NCBI RefSeq assembly: GCF_044704955.1 | Contig: NC_091985.1 | Location: 96,224,001-96,288,000, forward strand | Reading direction: 5' to 3' | Source of the DNA: Pristiophorus japonicus | Lineage: Eukaryota | Length of the DNA stretch: 64,000 nt | Shown here: in pieces, positions 12,681 through 25,796 of the stretch | Position numbering within the stretch: the stretch's first letter is position 1 | Layout: each line of letters begins with the position of its first letter | Translations under genes and position numbers: made by a program | The notes under the pieces: model-generated | What the model was told of the DNA's origin: nothing | What the model saw: only the letters and a program-made list of their open reading frames with translations | Databases searched by the model: none

Positions 12681-14167
12681 GTTCAGCAATTGTGAACAAG
12701 ATAAAAACAGTTGGTGCCCTATACAAACTCTCTCTTCCAAAGTGTTTAATAGCCAAACAGTATAAAAACAGTCAGAAACTTGGTCCAAATGCACCATAGC
12801 AGCCTAAAACAACTAACAGAGATTACCTTAATATGAATATAGGAAATTGATGACCCGGAAAAGACCAGCTGGTCCTTCAAGGCTGGCCCTCACTATGGTA
12901 GCCACTGCATCATGACTAAACACTGCCTCCCTCCCTTTAAATACCACTTCTGAAAGCTGCTTCCTGACTGTTCTCACCATGAAGAGCAGGGCGGGTTAAG
13001 GAGATGATGGTTGAGGTGCACATGGATACCAAATTTAGGAAAGGGCGCAGATTCATGTGCAGGACCCTGGCTGTGTTTACTGCAGGCAGCCGCTGGGATG
13101 CCTATTGAGCACCAGGACCAATATGCGTTGCTTGCATTTCCCACAATTTATTGGCTCGTGGACCCGTTCTGGACCCTGAAAACATGCGATATGCATTGCA
13201 ATTTCTACCCTGATATCTTCACAACTCAGGTTAGCATTTTTGCTTTTTTACCAGGAGAGAGTGGGAAGTCATTTCATAACTATTTGAAATGAACTGACAT
13301 TTTCTTTAAATAACCTGCACATGTTGATGTTTTCCAAAGACTAATAAAATAACATGAGCCATCTTCAAAATCTTATGGTATACATAGAATTTTATTCTGT
13401 ATGATAAAAGTAGAAAGCATTTGGTTCTTATTAGCAGAAATTCATACTCTGGAATCTTCTTGGTAAATAGCTCTCATTGTCCTGAGCTGTGAGATCCCAG
13501 TCAAAAAATGAATAGCCTGTTATTTAAATTGGGCCACTGTGACATTTAGATACCTTTGCTCTCCTTTTTCATACCTGAAATAGCTTTTAAATTTTTATTC
13601 CTTGCAAGTTAACATTTTAAGTGGTGTCAGCTGCCGGCTCACTTTTTTTTGTTCTGAAACATTAAGATTGTTAATACTTTGACCTCGTTATCAATGTTGA
13701 AGTAATAGAGCTAAACATCTAGACTGCAAAATGTTATCACTCAAAAACCTGGCAAATTACGGCTTCTTGCCATCCATATCCACTATCCATTACTTCTGGA
13801 CATAGCACATTAACTGGCTCATTATCTGCTTCAAACCATATGGGCTTAGGTTTGGGTGGGTCACTCTGATGATATCCTTAGGTACTTGCCTAATTATTAC
13901 AATTAAGTGATCACATTCACAGGAGCAGGTACAGAAAATGGTGCCACAACCTTGGAAAATGGGTGTCAGATTCTTTGAAAATGACTAAGCAGGGGGGACT
14001 GCTTCCTCTGACTACTAAAAATGTCCTGATCTTAATAAAGAAATTATCTTCTAAACAATTTAAAATAAATTGCTGTTCGATAATTCAAATAAATTCTGTA
14101 GCTGCATAGTACAGCCTATTGTATAAAGAATACTAATATTTTGTGGTAAAGCCCATTGATGTCAGTT

Positions 14168-15517
14168 GGGGGGAGATGTAAAACGGGCTGTCAACTCGCT
14201 ATCACTGGTTTCACATTATTGCACAAAATCTGGATCTCCTGAGGAAAGTGCACCAGTGCCCCAAAGGTGGCACATTCTGTTTGCAAAGTCAGCGTATGAT
14301 TGTGTAATTGTATTTAAACACCAACCTTGGTCTTATCCTCCGACCGCAATAATTTCTTCGAAAGTACCTGGTGGTCCCGGAGGTTTGGCGACTTGCGGTC
14401 CTGGGGCTCTACCCGAAGGCCAGCGTAGAGGGCCCACGTATGCCAGGATCGCACGGGTTTCGTACACATCAATGGGATCACGAGGGCCAGCCCAACCTAT
14501 CCGATTAGGAGAATCCCCATTCATACTTACACCGTAGTAATTCCGTATGTACAGAGCTGCCATAAATATAAATGAAAATACTCCCCAAAACACAGAAACA
14601 CTGAAAATACATTTTAAAAACACATTACATATTTAAAATTAATTAAAATGCAATTTAATTAAATATTTTATCCCAAAGTTAATTTTTTTGACATTTTGTT
14701 TTATATGTTTTAACTTTGCGCCCAGGCTTTTGCTGCGATTTGACCCTCCGCGGTGAAAACCCAGTCGGCGGGATCGTCAGGGTACCTTTTTGCGGCAGCG
14801 ATTCCACATACCACCGGGGAAAGGAGCGCCAACGTGCAACATTGGAAATAGCGTTTGTGATCGATTTTTGGCTCTCTCGGGATCCGTACTCTGCACCCAG
14901 AATACCGACAGGGTAAAACCTGTGGTGCAGCCCTGCCAGCAGCGGTAAGTATGAAGACCTGCAAAAAACGTAAGTTAAAGTTTTTATTTTTTAATTCTTT
15001 TTCAGCAATTTAATTGGTAAGGGTTTTGTGAATGTTTTATGAATGTTTTTTGCAATTTCTTTTTGTTGTTTTTCCCCCTCCCAAGGCCTCTCTCGCGGTG
15101 CTATCGGCCCCGGAATAAAGTTGCCGAAATTCGCAGTTTGCGCCGCGAATCCTTGTGCAACGGCGATTTTTACTGATGCGCAAATTAAAGGCCGAAAAGC
15201 GGGCCTAAAAATGGTAGCGAAGCAAAAACGGAAATATTGGCGTAAAACTACCGTTTTCGCTGAAAACCAAAATTCTAGCCCTTATGCTGATAAAAGCAGG
15301 TCTTACGCCTGCTTTTACCAGCTTAAGAATTTGAAGAACATTCGCTGAGCAGGAGTTGGGCAAATAGCCCAACTCTCCGCCCGCGGAGGCTCTTTGACAG
15401 ATCGCAAGTTCTGGGTTTAGGCATATGCGCTTTGCATACCTAAGCCCGGCACTTGTGGAGACCCCACGGGCGCGGGCGCACTTTGTACAGACTCGTGGGG
15501 AGCGCAATTTCAGGCCC
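14168..15517. mobile_element. Non-autonomous Harbinger-like element, inverted homologue of the 9066-9750 arm, with a nested second element (~14712-15281)
   Basis: Right end GCAATTTCAGGCCC; shares GGTTGGGC(A/T)GGCCC(A/T)CGTGATCCCA and TTGACAGATCG in opposite orientation to the 9 kb copy; nested piece ends AAAATTCTAGCCC at 15281. Confidence 0.7.
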
Positions 15518-15862
15518 ATTAATTCCACGCATCCCGGGTAAAAAAAGATATTGCGGCCAATATGACCCTCTTGGTCACAGCTAATCACCCGTAAAATTAT
15601 GAGTATCTCCCGTGCCTGGGACTGTGTTACCTCATGTACCAATCTCCTTTCATCACCCATTTCTTTATTATTGAAACTGATATGCAGAAGAAAAACTCCT
15701 ATTTTTCTAAATAAGTATATATATCATATAACTAATCTGGTGTTCCCATTAGTATGCAGAATGTGAACAAATCTTCTGCAATTTGGGTGATGCTAAGTGG
15801 GTAGGCACTGGCCCATCGAGGCCCACCCGAGGCTACACTCCTACTCAGGAGTACAGGTAAGT

Positions 15863-16560
15863 TGTTGCACAAGTCAGCAACCAGATTGCAATAGAGAGCT
15901 CCCCCTAGTGGACTATTGTTCCACCTAGTGGACTATAGATATATTGCAACTACTGATGTAAATAATAAAGGATCATGTGGCAAAGTCACATGATGACAGG
16001 TTTCTGTCTTAAAGAGCCATCTTGTTTAATGTGTTTCTTAGTGATGTAAGAATATATCATACAGATGCCTCTTGTCGCCCCATGGATGAACTGATCAACG
16101 AGTCAACTGTTCATCCCACTCCGGGTGAGGCAGAAGTCAGTGATCTGAAGATAGTGAAGTTAGGTGTTTTAAATGTGGTGAGGCAGGCCATATGGCAAAG
16201 CACTACTGGTCTCTTAGAAATCCTGCAACACAACCCAGGAGGCCATGTGAGCTCTCAGGGTATGAGATGGACAGTTATGTAGAGAAATTGACTCCTTACC
16301 TTTATCCAGTCACGATGAATGAGACACAAATAAGAGAACTGAGAGAATGGCTTCTTTTTCATGATAGTACATGGTAGTCTGACAAAGTACTATTCTTCAT
16401 AAAAGGCAAAATTGCCCACATTCGGGGGTTGTGGCTGAGCACAGATGTATCCACAGCCAGAGTCTGGTTGGAATATTTTGGTTAGACAGGCATCACAGAA
16501 ATATGATTTAATCTGTCCATGCCATTTGATGTTATACAAAGGAACAACATAGATACAGAA
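15863..16560 (+). mobile_element. Ancient LTR-retrotransposon debris (possible LTR plus gag knuckle/protease remnant)
   Basis: AGGTGTTTTAAATGTGGTGAGGCAGGCCATATG = RCFKCGEAGHM, a CCHC knuckle at ~16162-16200; TG...CA block 15863-16063 with AATAAA. No TSD found. Confidence 0.45.
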
Positions 16561-17138
16561 GGGGTGTGAGAAAGCAGCTCAGAGGCGAGGAGATTAGGGT
16601 GATGCAGTGCAGGGCCAGCCTTATTGATCCACATAGACAGCTGTAAAAGTTGCTGACTAAGTTGAGGTTAATCCACTAGGCCCCCCTACACCTGAGGGGG
16701 CTAAGCGATTTCAGGCAAAAGGCTTGCTGGGTTGACACTCATGAAGGTACACAGGTTGGTGGTAAGTAGTCTGCCACATAATTCTACTGGTCTCAGAGTG
16801 CAGGATGTTGCAGGAGGTGTGCCTGTTCAACGTTTGAGGGCTTATGGAAAGGCAGACAGAAAGTTCATTCCTCAACTCACAAACTGAATTTTAATAGTCA
16901 TCATATTCTTGAATGATGTATTTAGGAACCACACCTGCACCACATCTCATGCAGGGTGAAATACCCTAATATCTTATCTGCTCAGGTGGGTGACATGGGA
17001 GGCTACATAGTAACCCATCCGATTGGGGGCAGGGTTAGCTGTTCTTTATATGTGACTACCTGGTCTAGATGGTGGATTAATAGCCAGAGGCAGCTCGTAC
17101 TGGTAGAGCATGTCATCTGTGGATCACTTGAAATGATG

Positions 17139-18510
17139 AGTTGCAATGCGGATTCCACCCACTAAGGGGTACAATGGACCATGATTTTCACCGCGCGACA
17201 AATTTAAGAGAAATGCAGGAAACAACATCAACCTCTGTAGTGACCTTCTTTGACCTGAAAAAGGCCTTTGACACTGTCAACGGTGAGGGATTATGGAGCA
17301 TCCTCTTCAAATTCGGCTGTCCTCAAAAGTTTGTCACCATCCTCCACTTGTTTCATGATGGCATGCAAGCAGTAATCCTGACCAACAGATCCACCACAGG
17401 CCCAATTCATGTGTGAACTGGGGTGAAGCAAAGCTGTGTCATTGCACCGACGCTCTTCTTGATCTTCCTTGCTGCAATGCTACATCTCACCATCAGTAAA
17501 CTTCCTGCTGGAGTGGAGATAATCTATAGAACAAACAGGAAACTGTTCAACCTCCGTCGCCTTCAGACCAGATCCAAGGTCTTGCTATCCTCTGTAATTG
17601 AACTCCAAACAATCATCAACATGTTCACCGTAGCGTACGAGAGCATAGGCCTTACACTAAACATCTGTAAAACTAAGGTCCTCTCTCAACATGCCCTCGC
17701 AACATAGCACTGCCCCCCCCAATTATCAAAATCCACGATGAGGCCTTGGACAACGTGGACCATTTTCCATACCTCGGGAGCCTACTGTCAACAAGAGCAG
17801 ATGTCAATGACTAGGTCCAACACCACCTTCAGTGCCAGTATAGCCTTCGGTCGCCTAAGGAAGAGAGTGTTTGAAGACTAGAACCTTAAAACTGGCACAA
17901 AGCTGGCACTTCAAAGCACTGGAGAAGTACCATCAATGCTGCCTCCGCAAGATCCTGCAAATCCATTGGCAGGATCGGCGCACCAACACCAGTGTTCTCG
18001 CTCAGGCCAACATCCTCAGCATCAAAGAATTGACAATGCTCGATCAGCTCTGATGGACGGGCCACACCGTCCGTATGCCCGATACTTAGGCGACCAAAAC
18101 AAGCGCTCTACTCGGAGCTCCTTCACGGCAAGCAAGTCCCAGGTGGGCCAAGGAAATGCTTCAAGGACCCCCTCAAGGCCTCCTTGAAGAAGTTCAATAT
18201 CCCCACTGACAACTGGAAATCCCTGGCGCAAGATTGCTCAAAGTGGGAGAGAATAATCCGGGAAGGCGCCAAACACCTTGAGTCTCTTCGCCAGGAGCAA
18301 GCAGAGACCAAGTGCAAATTGCGGAAGGAGCACATGACAACCCAAGCACTTCAAAAAACCGGCACTTCAACCAACGTCCTTTCAACCACTGTCTATCCAA
18401 CCTGCGACAAGAGACTGTAGTTCCCATATCAGACTTATCAGTCACCTGAGAACTCATTTTTAATGTGGAAGCAAGTCATCCTCGACTCCGAGGGACTGCC
18501 GAAGAGAGAG
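17139..18510 (+). mobile_element. RTE-clade LINE, 5'-truncated and degenerate
   Basis: QCGFHPLRGT, FFDLKKAFDTVN.EGLWSILFKFGCPQKFV, GVKQSCVIAPTLF, LRKILQIHWQD; 3' end ...GAGGGACTGCCGAAGAGAGAGA. Confidence 0.9.
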
Positions 18511-19299
18511 ACTGAGCAGGCGATCAATTCCAGTCGGTGAAGGTGAAAATCACCCCATAAAGTTACATATCTAAATACATTTATAGATCTTCCAATATTG
18601 TAAAATAAGATTATCCTCAAGTCAGGGCAAGGAGGTGAGCTTATAGGGAGGCTGAAAATAATGGCTTCAGTATTTTCAATGTTAAGGAATCATGGGGTCA
18701 ATAGAAGCTGTGGAGAGTAGAACTGGGTGTCATCAGCTTACATATGGAAGCCCACCTTATGCCTGCAGATGATATCAATGAGGGGGTAGCCTGTCCATTA
18801 GGAAGATAAGGACGGCAAGGATTTAAACTCTGGAGTTGACACTTTGAGGATGGGAAGAGAAGTTATTGCTGGATATGCACTGTGACTGAATTCATATCAG
18901 TGGGAATAGATACATGCATGGGCAGTTCTACAGAGCTCGACAGCAAATGAGAGATGATGGAAAAGAATGGAATGGTGCACCATACCAAACACTGCAGAGA
19001 AGTTAGTGAGGACAAGCAGAGATAACACACTATGATTACTGACACAGAGAAAGTTGTTTGTGACTTTGGCTAGAGCCATCTTGGTGCGGCGAGTAGGGCA
19101 AAAGCCAGACTGGAGGGATTCAAGCAGGGAGTTTTGAGAGATATAGGCGGAGAGCTGAGAGATGACAACACATTTGAGAATCTCAGGGAGAAAGTTAGAG
19201 ATGGGACAGTAGTTCAAGGGGATGGAAGGGTTAAAAGTGGATTTTTTGAGGGAGGATTGATGACAATAGTTTTTAAAAGGGAGAGATCAAAGGTAAGTA

Positions 19300-19865
19300 G
19301 AGGTTGAAACTCCCTTATCTGGCACCCTTGGGACCTGGCCTGTCCCGAACAAGGAATTTTGCCAGATGAGGGGAGGTCACGTGTTTGGGTGGAATGCGCC
19401 TTTAAGTGCTGTTGCTGTGGTAAGTGTGTATGTGTGCCGATTGGCTGGACCAACTGTCAGTCAGTCAGTCAGCCAAACAGTGTGCAGGGGGCCCGGAAGC
19501 GCTGGTGGGTCCTGAAGAGCTGGCACGCCCCGGAGTCAGTGGGCCTTGAACAGTCGGCAGGCCCAGAAGTGTCGGTGGGTCCCGGCGGGCCTCGTTAAGA
19601 GTCAGCGGGCCTAGACGGGCCGAGAAGAGTCAGCCCGACCCCCCAGAGAGACTGCTATGGGGAGGAGCGGCCGGCCTGAGAACTGTGCCTCCAGGAGCTC
19701 CAGCAGGATGACGAGATGGAGGCAGCTAATTGAGGAGAAAAATTATATTGATGAGTAAGATTTTGCTGGTCGCGCTCTGCGCATGCGTCACCAGGTGGCC
19801 AGGAATGGTCCCAGACGAGAGGTGGTGCTGGATAAGGGAGTCCCGGATAAGAGAGGTTCAACCTG
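19300..19865. mobile_element. Tc1/mariner (Tigger/pogo-like) MITE
   Basis: TIRs GAGGTTGAAACTCCCTTATC / GATAAGAGAGGTTCAACCTG; flanks TA / CA; related to 33119-33463 in opposite orientation. Confidence 0.8.
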
Positions 19866-21110
19866 CAATAACAATATCCACTAATAAGAATGTAAGAACA
19901 TAAGAAATAGGAGCAGGAGTAGGCCATTTGGCCCATCGAGCCTGCTCTGCCATTGGGTGGCTCTGCTGCACAGAAGGGCAGGAAAAAGAGTGGGATAGGC
20001 TGCTATAGTGATAGGGGATTCTATTGTAAGGGGAATAGATAGATGTTTCTGCGGCCGCAATCGAGACTCCAGGATGGTATGTTGCCTCCCTGGTGCAAGG
20101 GTCAAGGATATCTTGGAGCGGCTGCGGGATATTTTGGAGGGGGACGGTGAACAGCTAGTTGTTGTGGTGCATATAGGTACCAACGATATAGGTAAAAAAC
20201 GGGATGAGGTCCTATAAGCTGAATTTAGGGAGCCAGGAGTTAAATTAAAAAGTAGGACCTCAAAGGTAGTAATCTCAGGATTGCTACCAGTGCCATGTGC
20301 TAGTCAGAGTAGAAATCGCAGGATAGCTCAGATGATTACATGGTTTGAGGAGTGGTGCAAAAGTTAGGGATTCAAATTCCTGGGACTCTGGAAACGGTTC
20401 TGGGGGAGGTGGGACCAGTACAAACCGAAGGTCTGCACCTGGGCAGGATCGAAACCAATGTCCTAGGGGGAGTGTTTGTGAGTGCTTTTGGGGAGGGGTT
20501 AAATTAATATGGCAGGGAGATGGGAACCTATGTAGGGAGACAGAGGGAAGTAGAATGGGGGCAGAAGCAAAAGATAGAAAGAAGAAAAGTAAAAGTGGAG
20601 GGCAGAGAAACCCAAGGCAAAAATCAAAAAGGGCCACATTACAGGAAAATTCTAAAGGGGCAAAGTGTGTTAAAAAGACAAGCCTGAAGGCTCTGTGCGT
20701 CAATGCGGGAGTATTCGTAATAAAGTGGACGAATTAACTGCGCAGGCAGCAATTAACGAATATGATATAATTGGCATCATGGAGACATGGCTTCAGGGTG
20801 ACCAAGGCTGGAACTCAACATCCAGGGGTATTCAACATTCAAGAAGGATACATAGAAAGGAAAAGGAGGTGGGGTAGCTTTGCTGGTTAAAGAGGAAATT
20901 AACGCAATAGTAAGGAAGGACATTAACTTGAATGATGTGGAATCTGTATGGGTGGAGCTGCGGAATACCAAAGGGCAGAAAACGCTAGTGGGAGTTGTGT
21001 ACAGACCACCAAACAGTAGTAGTGAGCTTGGGGACAGCATCAAACAAGAAATTAGGGATGCATGCAATAAAGGTACAGCAGTTATCATTGGCAATTTTAA
21101 TCAACATATA

Positions 21111-22056
21111 GGGCCCAAGTTTCCACACGATTTGTGCCAGAATTTTAGGAGCAACTGGTGGAGAACGGACTATCTTAGAAATCGCAATTCTCCACATTTT
21201 TTTTTCTGCAGTTCTAGTCAGGTAGAACAGTTCTACTTTGGAACAGAATTTTTTCTTCAAAAGGGGCGTGTCCGGCCACTGACACCTGATTTGAAAGTTT
21301 CCACAGTGAAAACGTACTCCAAACTAACTTAGAATGGAGCAAGTGAAGATTTTTGTCGAACTGAAAAAACCTGTTCATTAAAAAAATCAGGCGCAGGTTA
21401 CAAATTAGGCGTCCAGAACGAGGTGGGGGGGAGGGGGGGGGGGAAGGGAAGTCATTAAATTCTACAATAAATCCTTATTTATACTTATACAAATATTATA
21501 CAAATAAATCCAACCTGAATAAACATTTATAAGCAAAGAAAAGATTAAATAAACCATCTTCCTACCTGTGTGAAAGTGCTTCAGCCAGCCTCACAAGTTC
21601 GTTCGTTCGTTCCCGACGGCAGGGGGGGGGGGAGGAAGCCGTTCCCGACGGCGGGTGGGAAAGGAGACAGTGAGAAGGCTGCAGGAAGCCTCAGTGCTGA
21701 TGTGCTGATGGGAATGTGCTTTTATTAAAAAATGTTCAAAAATTAAACAGCTACAAAGAACTACAAAAATGGCCGAGTGTCAATGTTTCCTTCACACTGC
21801 GCGTGCGCGAACGCTCCAATGCGCACGCACAGGGTTCCCGGCAGGAAAAAAACTAATTTAAATAGTACCCGCCCCCTCCCACTTACAAAATCGCCGCGAG
21901 TGTAGGCTCCGCCCCCCTGGGTGCCGCGCCAAACAGACAAGGAGCTGCAGGGCTCTCCAGAATCGCGAGGTTTTTTTCCAGCGCCGTTTTAGGCGCGAAA
22001 AACGGGCGCCCAGCTCGGAGGGGCGCCCGTTTTTTATCATGTGGAAACTTGGGCCC
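21111..22056. mobile_element. Harbinger-type MITE (946 bp)
   Basis: 21-bp TIR GGGCCCAAGTTTCCACACGAT / ATCATGTGGAAACTTGGGCCC (1 mismatch); 3-bp TSD ATA/GTA; splits the CR1 endonuclease at N.HI|.WANQ. Confidence 0.9.
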
Positions 22057-23878
22057 GTAGAGTGGGCTAACCAAACTGGTAGTAATGTGGTGGAGGAGGA
22101 TTTCCTGGAGTGTATTAGGGACGGTTTTCTAGACCAATATGTCGAGGAACCAACTAGAGGGCTGGCCATCCTAGACTGGGTGGTGTGTAATGAGAAAGGA
22201 CTAATTAGCAATCGTGCTGTGCGAGGCCCCTTGGGGAAGAGTGACCAAAATAAGGTAGAATTCCTTATTAAGGTGGAGAGTGACACAGTGAATTCAAAGA
22301 CGAGGGTCCTGAACTTAAGGAAAGGTAACTTCGATGGTATGAGACATGAATTTGCTAGAATAGACTGGCGAATGATACTTAAAGGGTTGACGGTGGATAG
22401 GCAATGGCAAACATTTAAAGATCACATGGATGAACATCAACGATTGTACATCCCTTTCTGGAGAAAAAATAAAACGGGGAAGGTGGCTCAACCGTGGCTA
22501 ACAAGGGAAATTAAGGATAGTGTTAAATCCAAGGAAGAGGCATATAAATTGGCCAGAACAACCAGCAAACCTGAGGACTGGGAGAATTTTATAATACAGC
22601 AGAGGTGGACAAAGAGTTTAATTCGGAGGGGGGAAATAGAGTATGAGAGGAAGCTTGTTGGGAACATAAAAACTGACTGCAAACACTTCTATATGTGAAG
22701 AGAAAAAGCTTAGTGAAAACAAACGTAGGTCCCTTGCAGTCAGATTCAGGTGAATTTATAATGGGGAACAAAGAAATGGCGGACCAGTTAAACAAATACT
22801 TTGGTTCTGTCTTCACGAAGGAAGACATAAATAACCTTCCGGAAATACTAGGGGACCGAGGGTCTAGTGAGAAGGAGGAACTGAAGGAAATTCTTATTAG
22901 GCAGGAAATTGTGTTCGGGAAATTGATGGGATTGTAGGCCAATAAATCCCCAGGGTCTGATTGTCTGCATCCTAGAGTACTTAAGGAAGTAACCCTAGAA
23001 ATAGTGAATGCATTGGTGATCATTTTCCAACAGTCTATCGACTCTGGATCAGTTCCTATGGACTGGAGGGTAGCTAATGTAACACCACTTTTTAAAAAAG
23101 GAGGGAGAGAGAAAATGGGTAATTATGGACCCGTTAGCCTGACATCAGTAGTAGGGAAAATGTTGGAATCAATTATTAAAGATGAAATAACAGCACATTT
23201 GGAAAGCAGTGACAGGATCGGTCCAAGTCAGCATGGATTTATGAAAGGGAAATCATGCTTGACAAATCTTCTAGAATTTTTTGAGGATGTAACTGGTAGA
23301 GTGGACAAGGGAGAACCAGTGAATGTGGTGTATTTAGACTTTCAAAAGGCTTTTGAGAAGGTCCCACACAAGAGATTAGTGTGAAAAATTAAAGCACATG
23401 GTATTGGGGGTAATGTACTGGATAGAGAACTGGTTGGCAGACAGGAAGCAGAGAGTCGGGATAAACGGGTCCTTTTCAGAATGGCAGGCAGTGACTAGTG
23501 GGGTGCCGCAGGGCTCAGTGCTGGGACCCCAGCTCTTTACAACATATATTAATGATTTAAATGAAGGAATTGAGTGTAATATCTCCAAGTTTGCAGATGA
23601 CACTAAACTGGGTGGTGGTGTGAGCTGTGAGGAGGATGCTAAGAGGCTGCAGAGTGACTTGGACAGGTTAGGTGAGTGGGCAAACGCATGGTAGATGCAG
23701 TATAATGTGGATAAATGTGAGATTATCCACTTTGGGGGCAAATACACGAAGGCAGAATATTATCTGAATGGCGGCTGATTAGGAAAAGGGGAGGAGCAAC
23801 GAGACCTGGGTGTCATGGTTCATCAGTCATTGAAAGTTGGCATGCAGATACAGCAAGCGATGAAGAAGGCAAATGGTA

Positions 23879-25796
23879 TGTTTGATTAGGGCAGGGAAAA
23901 TGGAGTACGAGAAGAAGCTTGCAGGGAACATTAAGACGGATTGCAAAAGTTTCTATAGATATGTAAAGAGAAAAAGGTTAGTAAAGACAAACGTAGGTCC
24001 CCTGCAGTCAGAATCAGGGGAAGTCATAACGGGGAACAAAGAAATGGCGGACCAATTGAACAAGTACTTTGGTTCGGTATTCACTGAGGAGGACACAAAC
24101 AACCTTCCGGATATAAAAGGGGTCGGAGGGTCTAGTAAGGAGGAGGAACTGAGGGAAATCCTTATTAGTCGGGAAATTGTGTTGGGGAAATTGATGGGAT
24201 TGAAGGCCGATAAATCCCCAGGGCCTGATGGACTGCATCCCAGAGTACTTAAGGAGGTGGCCTTGGAAATAGTGGATGCATTGACAGTCATTTTCCAACA
24301 TTCCATTGACTCTGGATCAGTTCCTATGGAGTGGAGGGTAGCCAATGTAACCCCACTTTTTAAAAAAGGAGGGAGAGAGATAACAGGGAATTATCGACCG
24401 GTTAGCCTGACATCGGTAGTGGGTAAAATGATGAAATCAATTATTAAGGATGTCATAGCAGCTCATTTGGAAAGAGTTGATATGATAGGTCCAAGTCAGC
24501 ATGGATTTGTGAAAGGGAAATCATGCTTGACAAATCTTCTGGAATTTTTTGAGGATGTTTCCAGTAGAGTGGACAAGGGAGAACCAGTTGATGTGGTATA
24601 TTTGGACTTTCAGAAGGCTTTCGACAAGGTCCCACACAAGAGATTAATGTGCAAAGTTAAAGCACATGGGATTGGGGGTAGTGTGCTGACATGGATTAAG
24701 AACTGGTTGTCAGACAGGAAGTAAAGAGTAGGAGTAAATGGGGACTTTTCAGAATGGCAGGCAGTGACTAGTGGGGTACCGCAAGGTTCTGTGCTGGGGC
24801 CCCAGCTGTTTACACTGTATATTAATGATTTAGACGAGGGGATTAAATGTAGTATCTCCAAATTTGCGGATGACACTAAGTTGGGTGGCAGTGTGAGCTG
24901 CGAGGAGGATGCTATGAGGCTGCAGAGCGACTTGGATAGGTTAGGTGAGTGGGCAAATGCATGGCAGATGAAGTATAATGTGGATAAATGTGAGGTTATC
25001 CACTTTGGTGGTAAAAACAGAGAGACAGACTATTATCTGAATGGTGACAGATTAGGAAAAGGGGAGGTACAACGAGACCTGGGTGTCATGGTACATCAGT
25101 CATTGAAGGTTGGCATGTAGGTACAGCAGGCGGTTAAGAAAGCAAATGGCATGTTGGCCTTCATAGCGAGGGGATTTGAGTACAGGGGCAGGGAGGTGTT
25201 GCTACAGTTGTACAGGGCCTTGGTGAGGCCACACCTGGAGTATTGTGTACAGTTTTGGTCTCCTAACCTGAGGAAGGACATTCTTGCTATTGAGGGAGTG
25301 CAGCGAAGGTTCACCAGACTGATTCCCGGGATGGCGGGACTGACCTATCAAGAAAGACTGGATCAACTGGGCTTGTATTCACTGGAGTTCAGAAGAATGA
25401 GAGGGGACCTCATAGAAACGTTTAAAATTCTGACGGGGTTAGACAGGTTAGATGCAGGAAGAATGTTCCCAATGTTGGGGAAGTCCAGAACCAGGGGACA
25501 CAGTCTAAGGATAAGGGGTAAGCCATTTAGGACCGAGATGAGGAGGAATTTCTTCACCCAGAGAGTGGTGAACCTGTGGAATTCTCTACCACAGAAAGTT
25601 GTTGAGGCCAATTCACTAAATATATTCAAAAAGGAGTTAGATGAAGTCCTTACTACTAGGGGAATCAAGAGGTATGGTGAGAAAGCAGGAATGGGGTACT
25701 CAAGTTGCATGTTCAGCCATGAACTCATTGAATGGCGGTGCAGGCTAGAAGGGCCGAATGGCCTACTCCTGCACCTATTTTCTATGTTTCTATGTT
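23879..25796 (+). mobile_element. Young 5'-truncated CR1 (RT to 3' tail)
   Basis: ORFs 23873-24724, 24764-25120 and 25151-; nearly identical to 46845-48763; the host CR1 resumes at TTCATAGCTAGAGG. Confidence 0.93.

Larger units (their letters stand above)
9066..13210. mobile_element. Decayed autonomous-type Harbinger transposon #1 (Myb-like gene +, nuclease -, convergent)
   Basis: Right TIR-like GCAATTTCTACCC ending 13210; palindrome-rich left arm from 9066; both gene remnants present. Whether the left arm belongs to this copy is inferred. Confidence 0.65.
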